64,000 nucleotides of DNA from Clostridia bacterium (GTDB lineage Bacteria > Bacillota > Clostridia > Christensenellales > JBMNLC01). The first letter of the stretch is position 1. Every line of letters starts with the position of its first letter. Under the pieces are notes generated by a model that was given only the letters and a program-made list of their open reading frames with translations, had not been told where the DNA came from and made no database searches. Of the stretch, positions 57,882 to 64,000 are shown piece by piece. The stretch is taken from NCBI GenBank assembly GCA_050952525.1, contig JBMNLC010000002.1, forward strand, positions 128,831-192,830, written 5' to 3'. Both the position numbers and the translations under genes were made by a program.

Positions 57882-57965
57882 GGAAATAAAGCCTATTTAG
57901 ATCGGGAACATTCTCCTGCTGGAATCCGTCTAATTAGGAAAGAAATAATCGAGGGGGCAGTAAAA

Positions 57966-59000
57966 ATGAAAAGAGCTATTCTTGTTCTCCAGGTCGTCCT
58001 TATAGGATTCATGTTGCTGTTAAGCGGTTGCGGAAGCAGGTCAGTCCATGATTCGCCCCAGGAGTTTCCAGTCAGGAGTACGTCAAAAGCCAACAATGGG
58101 ATAGAAGTATCGGAGGAAGCTGCAGTTGCGGATATGGATGGGGCTTATACGGATCCGGCTCCTGCATCGTGGGTGGCCCCTGAAGAAGAGACTTCCGGTG
58201 AAATGGATGCCGGAGGCGGCAGTGCGGCGTCTTCCCAAGGCGGAGAGGCGGCTGTCTACCCGGAGGCGGATAGGAAAATTATCAAATCAGCCCAAGTGTC
58301 CATTGAAACCCAGGAGTTTGACAGGACCGCCGACGATCTCGCAGGAAAGGTAAGGATGGTGGGAGGATATATTGAAAATTCCAATATAAAAGGAATTTCC
58401 AGGAATCAAAGGCCTGGTGCATCCCAACGGACCGCCTATTTTCAAGTCCGTATCCCTGAAAAGTCCTTTGACCAGTTCATATCGGATTTGGAAGGGCTGG
58501 GAAATATCATCAACAAGCAGATCCATGGTCAGGATATAACGGGTCAGTATTTTGATACGGAAGCCAGGCTCAAATCCCTCAACATCCAAGAGCAAAGGCT
58601 TCTGACCATCCTCGGCAAAGCAGAGCGGCTTCAGGATATTATTGAGCTGGAACGCGAACTACAGAAGGTACGCTATGAAATTGAGAACTATACGGGCACA
58701 TTGAAAAAGTGGGATAATATGGTGGCATATGCTTCCGTATCGGTTAACCTATATGAAGTCAACGAAATCGATCACGGCACAAGCCCCCCGTCCCTATGGC
58801 AGCGGATAGTAAGGGAATTTAAGAAATCAGTGACAGGTGTCCTGGATATTTTGGAGAGAATGCTTATATTTGGGGTTGCAGCATTGCCCTACTTGCTTTT
58901 CGTCTGGATCATTCTTGTAGTTCTGTATAGAATCTTTACAAGGCTGAGGAGGAAAAATAGCGGGGATTCTCCAAAACAGGTGAATGAAAACGATGAATGA
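57966..59000 (+). CDS. DUF4349-like lipoprotein with a C-terminal TM anchor
   Basis: Lipobox LLSGC-G. DRKIIKSAQVSIETQEFD..YFQVRIPEKSFDQF..LNIQEQRLLTILGKAERLQDIIELERELQKVRYEIE..ASVSVNLYE matches the DUF4349 layout. Confidence 0.65.
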   Translation: MKRAILVLQVVLIGFMLLLSGCGSRSVHDSPQEFPVRSTSKANNGIEVSEEAAVADMDGAYTDPAPASWVAPEEETSGEMDAGGGSAASSQGGEAAVYPEADRKIIKSAQVSIETQEFDRTADDLAGKVRMVGGYIENSNIKGISRNQRPGASQRTAYFQVRIPEKSFDQFISDLEGLGNIINKQIHGQDITGQYFDTEARLKSLNIQEQRLLTILGKAERLQDIIELERELQKVRYEIENYTGTLKKWDNMVAYASVSVNLYEVNEIDHGTSPPSLWQRIVREFKKSVTGVLDILERMLIFGVAALPYLLFVWIILVVLYRIFTRLRRKNSGDSPKQVNENDE

Positions 59001-59020
59001 CGGATGAAAGGGTAGCAGAT

Positions 59021-59060
59021 ACGGTTGAAGACCTCTTAGGCTTCAACCGTATCTTTTTTT
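59021..59060 (+). terminator. rho-independent terminator
   Basis: ACGGTTGAAG - loop - CTTCAACCGT (10-bp perfect stem) followed by ATCTTTTTTT. Confidence 0.8.
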
Positions 59061-59174
59061 ATATTGGGTGGAGGAATAAAGTTTTTTGCACATATTAATG
59101 GGCTTTGAATACTGTAATAGTGAAGGATGAACAATACGACCTGAAAGTTCTTACATAGAAAGGGGGTCAAATTT

Positions 59175-59399
59175 ATGGGATACGGCTATGGTGGAGGATT
59201 CGGCCACGGATTCGATGATGGCACCGAGCTTTTGTTTTTCTTCTTGCTTCTGGTAATACTCTTCATTCCTTATATGGGATCCTGTGGCGAAGATGAAGGC
59301 AGTGAATTGTTGTTCTTCTTCCTGCTGCTAGTCATCCTCTTTATGCCCTTTGGTTCTTGTGGCTCTTTTGGCAAAGCAAAGACAGTAGAAGAAGGCTGA
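59175..59399 (+). CDS. YjcZ-like tiny-TM sporulation protein, internally duplicated
   Basis: MGYGYGGGFGHGF N-terminus as in YjcZ-type peptides. Two copies of (T/S)ELLFFFLLLVILF(I/M)P..SCG are encoded with different codons. SD AAAGGGGG. Confidence 0.55.
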   Translation: MGYGYGGGFGHGFDDGTELLFFFLLLVILFIPYMGSCGEDEGSELLFFFLLLVILFMPFGSCGSFGKAKTVEEG

Positions 59400-59523
59400 T
59401 GGAGCCCATCAGGAAGGGAGAGGAAAATGAATGAAACAGGGGGCTCTGAGCCATCCCCCTGTTTCATTCATTTTTGGAGCAGCTATCCCGAAAATGCCCT
59501 TAGCGGAAGGAAGACGGAAAGGA

Positions 59524-59787
59524 TTATATTTTGTATAAAAACCATTTGCCGCTTCTTATTTCATATTTGATTTCATAGTGCCTTTCTACACCCTGAATAG
59601 CACTCCTGCAGGTAAAAACCAGCATTTTATTTCCTGCCAATTTTTCTTCCTTCCGTTCCATGACCTTATCCACCCTGATCACGATTCGCGAACCCGATCG
59701 ATCGGTTACCCTGAATTTTATCGGATGGATCACCCCGTTCTCATTAAACCATACAATGGTTTCAATGGGTCTCATGAGTACTTTCAT
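59524..59787 (-). CDS. hypothetical 87-aa protein co-transcribed downstream of the Y-family polymerase
   Basis: GGAGG 8 nt upstream of the ATG, embedded in the last codons of the polymerase gene (12-nt gap). No family recognised. Confidence 0.55.
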   Translation of the reverse strand: MKVLMRPIETIVWFNENGVIHPIKFRVTDRSGSRIVIRVDKVMERKEEKLAGNKMLVFTCRSAIQGVERHYEIKYEIRSGKWFLYKI

Positions 59788-59799
59788 AGCCGATGCCTC

Positions 59800-61071
59800 C
59801 TAGAGAATACTTGACATCATGGGGTAATCGTCTTCATCCCCCAATACTCCTCCCATAACAGGATACAGCCCTGTATAAAGCTGGGAGGAGCGCATAATGG
59901 CAACACTCCCATATTTGGAGCGAATTTTGTCTATCGCCTCATCAATGGCCCTATATTTCTCCACAGGGGGTTGAAACAAGGACGATTGATAAAAATCATC
60001 GCCCTGCAGCTCTGAAGCTCGGAGACCGATATGGCGGATGGGTTCTCCCCGCCACATTTCTTCAAGGAGTTTACAGGCATAGTTAAAAAGGACGGTGGTG
60101 GAATTGGTGGCAATGTCCAGCTTCCTTTGATGAGAGTAGGATGTAAAATCCCTATCCCGAAGAGACAGGGACAGTACCCGGGCGCATTTGCCTGCATCCC
60201 GGAGCCGCAGGGCTACCATTTCAGTAAGGGAGAGAAGATACATTTGGATGGAGCGCAGATCGTCCAAGTCCCAGGGAGTCGTGGTGGAATTCCCCACCCC
60301 TTTCATGGGAAAGTTATCATTTGTTACCTGTGAGTTCTCGTGTCCATGGGCAAAACTCCACAGCAGGAGCCCATGACTTTTTAACCAGTGTTTCAACAGA
60401 GAAGGGTCCGTCCGGGCCAGATCTCCTATGGTAAAGATGCCCCTTTTTTGAAGTTTTGGGAGCGTGGCCCTGCCCACCATAAACAGCTCTCCTACGGGAA
60501 GGGGCCACATCTTGTCCGGAATTTCCTCCGGGAACAGGGTATGTACCTTATCGGGTTTTTCAAAGCCGGAGGCCATCTTGGCCAGTAATTTGTTTGTGGA
60601 TATTCCTATGTTCACGGTAAAGCCGAGTTCCTGACGAATTCGATCCTTGATTCCACAGGCGGCGGTTACAGGATCACCGAAATGTTCATCCATGCAGGTA
60701 TAATCCAGGAACAGCTCATCAATGGAAAAACGCTGCACCTTGGGGGAAAACTCCTGAAGGAGCTCCATCATGGCGTTGCTGGCATGAATATAATGGTCAT
60801 ATCGGGGAGGAACAACGATCAGTTCCGGACATTTTAATTGGGCCTGAAAGACGGTCTCACCCGTTTGAATCTTATATTTTTTGGCGGGGATGGATCTTGC
60901 CAAAACGATGCCGTGTCGTGTAACGGGATCTCCCCCCACAACAGAAGGGGCGTCCCTAAGATCTAAGCTTTCCCCGCGTTGCAGCCTGTAGACGGCTTCC
61001 CAGGACAGATAAGCTGAGTTGACATCAATATGAAAGATGATGCGATTGTCAGAAGACATGTTCCCTTTCAC
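59800..61071 (-). CDS. dinB: Y-family DNA polymerase (Pol IV / UmuC-like)
   Basis: IIFHIDVNSAYLSWEA, SIDELFLD, little-finger region. The start may be ATG 61059 rather than GTG 61071. Confidence 0.9.
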   Translation of the reverse strand: MKGNMSSDNRIIFHIDVNSAYLSWEAVYRLQRGESLDLRDAPSVVGGDPVTRHGIVLARSIPAKKYKIQTGETVFQAQLKCPELIVVPPRYDHYIHASNAMMELLQEFSPKVQRFSIDELFLDYTCMDEHFGDPVTAACGIKDRIRQELGFTVNIGISTNKLLAKMASGFEKPDKVHTLFPEEIPDKMWPLPVGELFMVGRATLPKLQKRGIFTIGDLARTDPSLLKHWLKSHGLLLWSFAHGHENSQVTNDNFPMKGVGNSTTTPWDLDDLRSIQMYLLSLTEMVALRLRDAGKCARVLSLSLRDRDFTSYSHQRKLDIATNSTTVLFNYACKLLEEMWRGEPIRHIGLRASELQGDDFYQSSLFQPPVEKYRAIDEAIDKIRSKYGSVAIMRSSQLYTGLYPVMGGVLGDEDDYPMMSSIL

Positions 61072-61093
61072 CTCCGCTACATAGCATTATATC

Positions 61094-61107
61094 CGAACAT
61101 ATGTTCG
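61094..61107 (-). promoter_or_regulatory. LexA (Cheo/SOS) box within the polymerase promoter
   Basis: Perfect palindrome CGAACATATGTTCG (Gram-positive consensus CGAAC-N4-GTTCG). On the gene strand it lies between a TGTACA -35-like hexamer and TATAAT (61091-61086). Confidence 0.8.
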
Positions 61108-61225
61108 ATGTACAGTTAATATATGGGATTTGATCATAAAATATGAATCTGTTTGTTCCTTTTCTCGTATTTCAGCCATAAAAAAATGCACCGAAATGCC
61201 GGTGCAAACCAATCAGGATATTCAT

Positions 61226-62092
61226 TCATATATTGTGATATTTCCGGTAATTCAGGGGCGTGATGCCCACTATTTTTTTGAATTCCCGAATATAGTTGTT
61301 GGCATCACCGAAACCAACCCTGGAAGCGATGTCAGCCACGGATAAATTGCTTTCTTTCAGCAATTCTTTTGATTTGTTGATGCGAAAGTGGGTGATATAT
61401 TTGTAAGGGCTGGTTCCCATATGTTTTTTAAAGACCCGGAGAAAATGGTATTTGGACATATAGGCAATCTGGATTAAATCATCCAGGGAAATTTTTTGAT
61501 GATAGTTTTCATGGATAAAGGCTAAGGCCTTTTTGATCACGCTTCGCTGCTCTTCCGATTTTCGGTTATTTGCAGGTGTTAATTTCTCCAGGATTAAGGT
61601 GCACATAATATCCGTCATCTTTGAGGCTATTTGCAAGTTGGATGCGATATCATTTATATCGATGAGCTGTTGAAGGGCATCCAGATTTCTTTCAAAGGGA
61701 ATGGGTTGGGATAGGGCTGTCACATGGATGGAGTTTTCATTAAGGAGACGGATATATTCCTTTGCCCCTATTCCGTTGAAATGAACCCATTTAAATTCCC
61801 AGGGGATTTCTGAATAGGTCTTGTAATAGTGATAATGGCTGCAATCGATAATGACGCACTGATTTGCCCCTAAAAGAAGCTCATGATCTCGAAAGCGGAT
61901 ATAGCCGCTTCCGGATAGGGTATACATCAAAAGATAATTGTTCAGGCCTTCCCGTTCCGTATAGTAGCGGTCGTAGGCGATATAATGGCCACATTCATTG
62001 ATATAAAAGGGAAGTCTCTTGGCCATATCTCCGGGCGTATTATTCTTCCATATGGAATTTTTGTCTAAATCCATGAAATAGTTTAGTCTCAT
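61226..62092 (-). CDS. AraC-family transcriptional regulator (cupin-like sensor + 2x HTH)
   Basis: C-terminal HTH_18 pattern ISLDDLIQIAYMSKYHFLRVFKKHMGTSPYKYITHFRINKSKELL..SVADIASRVGFGDANNYIREFKKIVGITP. Confidence 0.9.
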   Translation of the reverse strand: MRLNYFMDLDKNSIWKNNTPGDMAKRLPFYINECGHYIAYDRYYTEREGLNNYLLMYTLSGSGYIRFRDHELLLGANQCVIIDCSHYHYYKTYSEIPWEFKWVHFNGIGAKEYIRLLNENSIHVTALSQPIPFERNLDALQQLIDINDIASNLQIASKMTDIMCTLILEKLTPANNRKSEEQRSVIKKALAFIHENYHQKISLDDLIQIAYMSKYHFLRVFKKHMGTSPYKYITHFRINKSKELLKESNLSVADIASRVGFGDANNYIREFKKIVGITPLNYRKYHNI

Positions 62093-62218
62093 AAGTCACC
62101 CCATCAAAGCAATATATGCATATTTATTTGCAATATCTATCGATGAATAATTCCTGGTACACCTTATAATTATATATAAGATAAATGCAAATATCAATAG
62201 ATAGGAGGTTTTTCCACA

Positions 62219-63646
62219 GTGCAGATTCAACGCAGGGAACTTACCAAGGCAAAAGTAGGCTATTTTGGCATTGGATTGGCCACATATTGGGATCAGTTTG
62301 AAGGATTGAAGGAACGTCCGGAAGGATATATGGATAAGGTTCAGCAAAGAATAGAGAGTTTTGGAAGCCAGGTCATTTCTGCAGGCTTGGTGGATAATGA
62401 ATTTAAGGCGGTGGAGGCGGGTGTGCGCTTTAAGAAGGAGGATGTGGATCTGATTGTCTGTTACGTAACAACCTATGCAACCTCCTCTACGATTGTACCG
62501 ATCGCCTTGAAGAACAAGGACACGCCTATTTTAATCTTGAATCTCCAGCCTACGGCAGCTATGGATTATGAGAATACGGATACCGGGGAATGGCTGGCAA
62601 ATTGTCAAGCCTGCAGCGCACCGGAAATATCCTGAGCCTTTGCCCGATGCAATGTGAAATTCAATGTGGTATCAGGCATGTTGGATGGAGATCCGAAAGC
62701 CTGGGAGGAAATCAGCGATTGGATCAAGGCGGCCGGCGTGAAAAGGACATTGCAAAGCAATCGCTGCGGTTTCCTTGGCCATTACTATCCCGGAATGCTG
62801 GATATGTACTTCGATTTTACCATGCTCCATGGACAGCTGGGAAGCCATGTGGAAATCCTGGAGATGGATGATTTCAAGAAAAGAGTGGAGACTGCCGATC
62901 CGGCGAAGATAGAGGAAATCAAGGAGCAGGCAAGGGCGATGTTTGAACTGGATGAGAATGCCAGGGACGAGAATTTCGAATGGGCTTGCCGGGTAGCTGC
63001 CGGCTTGGAAAAATTAGTGGATGATTTTAAGCTGAACTCCCTGGCCTACTATTACAGGGGCCTGGACGATAATGAATTTAAGCGGCTGCAGTCAGGTATG
63101 ATTCTGGGGAATTCCCTCTTGACAGCCAAGGGAATACCCTGTTCCGGAGAAGCGGATATCAAAAATGCCATGGCAATGCTGATCATGGATTCATTGGAAG
63201 CAGGAGGTTCCTTCACGGAACTCTATGGTATGGATTTCATCGAAAATTTCGTCCTGATGGGTCATGACGGGTCGGGGCATCTGGCTATCAGCGACCGAAA
63301 ACCAATTCTAAGGTGTTTAGGTCTGTATCACGGCAAACGGGGACATGGCGTTTCCGTGGAATTTAATGTGAAGACGGGCCCCGTTACCGTATTGGGACTG
63401 ACCCAGACCGGCCAGGGAAGGTTAAAACTAAATGCGGCCCAGGGAGAGTCCATTCCCGGCCCCATACTGAAAATTGGCAACACCAACTCCAGGATTCAAT
63501 TCCCCATTGGTCCGGGAGAATTTGTTACCCGGTGGGCGGAGGCGGGTCAAACCCACCACTGCGCCCTGGGTGTCGGTCATCACATCCATGCCATCAGGAA
63601 GATAGCCCGGATAATGGATATCGAGTTGGAGGTTATCTGTGAATAA
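62219..63646 (+). pseudogene. L-arabinose-isomerase-family (AraA-like) sugar isomerase interrupted by an in-frame TGA
   Basis: ORFs 62219..62635 and 62654..63646 share one frame. Read-through gives ..CQACSAPEIS*AFARCNVKFNVVSGML... The C-half has GEADIKNAMAMLIMD..GGSFTELY..LMGHDGSGH, like AraA's GEGDWKTA..SFMEDY..GSHMLE. Confidence 0.7.
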
Positions 63647-63786
63647 AGGCTGGCGATGATTTAGCTGATATACCGAGAAGCTCCTTTCCTTTCGAACTGT
63701 TTTTCAGTCGGGAGGGGGAGCTTCTTCATATGATTTTAAAAAAAGATATTGAAATGTTTGCTGAAAGGGTATAAAATATAATCAAA

Positions 63787-63808
63787 CATATGAACGATTG
63801 TTCATATG
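63787..63808 (+). promoter_or_regulatory. inverted-repeat operator, probably for the adjacent ArsR/SmtB-family repressor
   Basis: CATATGAAC-GATT-GTTCATATG (9-4-9 perfect), 20 nt upstream of the ArsR-like ATG. The TGAAC..GTTCA core is typical of SmtB/ArsR operators. Confidence 0.5.
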
Positions 63809-63827
63809 ATAAAGTGAGGGAAAATGC

Positions 63828-64000
63828 ATGGAAAAGAATCGTTCGAGCTTTGAAAGCTGCAGTTGTACCGTTATACATCAGGATATCGTAGATATGGTGC
63901 GGGATAAAATGCTGGAGGATTCCACAGTGGAGGATCTGGCAGAGTTTTTCAAGGTATTCGGGGATGATACGAGATTGAAGATATTGTATGCCCTATCCAT
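63828..64000 (+). CDS. ArsR/SmtB-family metalloregulator (3'-truncated by the window end)
   Basis: My own translation from ATG 63828 (SD GAGGG): MEKNRSSFESCSCTVIHQDIVDMVRDKMLEDSTVEDLAEFFKVFGDDTRLKILYALS. It has an N-terminal Cys pair and the LAExFKxxGDxTRLKIL helix. Confidence 0.7.
   Translation, partial: MEKNRSSFESCSCTVIHQDIVDMVRDKMLEDSTVEDLAEFFKVFGDDTRLKILYALS

Noticed and set aside
59205-59350. A possible tandem DNA repeat or CRISPR-like repeat.
   Set aside because: The repeat exists at the protein level only. The two copies use different codons and lie inside a well-formed small ORF. No spacer-repeat periodicity occurs anywhere in the window.
63678-63724. A terminator after the isomerase gene (AGAAGCTCC ... 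GGAGCTTCT).
   Set aside because: The stem arms are separated by a ~30-nt loop and are not followed by a U-tract, which is too weak to call.
63787-63808. A second LexA/SOS box (GAAC-N4-GTTC core).
   Set aside because: Its flanks (CATATGAAC..GTTCATATG) and its position directly upstream of an ArsR/SmtB-family gene fit a metalloregulator operator better. It lacks the CGAAC..GTTCG ends seen at 61094-61107.

Overview
The window looks like a 64-kb chromosomal segment of a Gram-positive, spore-forming anaerobe (Clostridia-like). All assignments come from reading the supplied six-frame translations and the DNA by eye; no database search was run.

Layout:
- 1-3.5 kb: an [FeFe]-hydrogenase module. Its NuoF/GltD-type partner gene is broken, and HydA carries two substitutions at normally conserved cysteines.
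- 3.6-8.5 kb: a Mug-type glycosylase, a multi-TM sensor/PP2C phosphatase, a YfcE-type phosphoesterase, an ECF-S-like membrane protein and a cell-wall amidase.
- 8.7-32.4 kb: a single-strand, tightly packed surface-polysaccharide locus of about 24 kb. It encodes a fused Wzz/BY-kinase, a priming phosphoglycosyl transferase, a Wzy-like polymerase, a Wzx flippase, three GT4 enzymes and a TagA-like transferase. It also encodes two heparinase II/III-like paralogs, a bi-domain oxidoreductase, a PaaK-like adenylating enzyme, a sugar-transfer-type ATP-grasp, an AsnB-like amidotransferase, a BNR propeller and the UDP-ManNAcA genes wecB/wecC. This is the most unusual system I can see.
- 32.5-39.5 kb: uncharacterised, probably sporulation- or envelope-related genes, a signal-less subtilisin, and a cysteine desulfurase with a DUF3343-like carrier.
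- 39.5-51.8 kb: housekeeping genes (nth, nfnAB, obg-yhbY-nadD-yqeK-rsfS, a DD-carboxypeptidase, comEA).
- 52-57 kb: an OmpR/HK two-component system followed by two GerMN lipoproteins.
- 57-59.4 kb: small spore-type proteins.
- 59.5-61.1 kb: a LexA-box-controlled Y-family polymerase operon.
- 61.2-64 kb: AraC plus an AraA-like isomerase with an in-frame TGA, and the start of an ArsR-family gene with its operator palindrome.

I recognised no rRNA, tRNA, CRISPR array, transposase or integrase. A recurring theme is reading-frame lesions: two in-frame stops, several frameshifts, and one gene boundary without a stop. All of them lie in accessory genes. They are either assembly errors or real gene decay.
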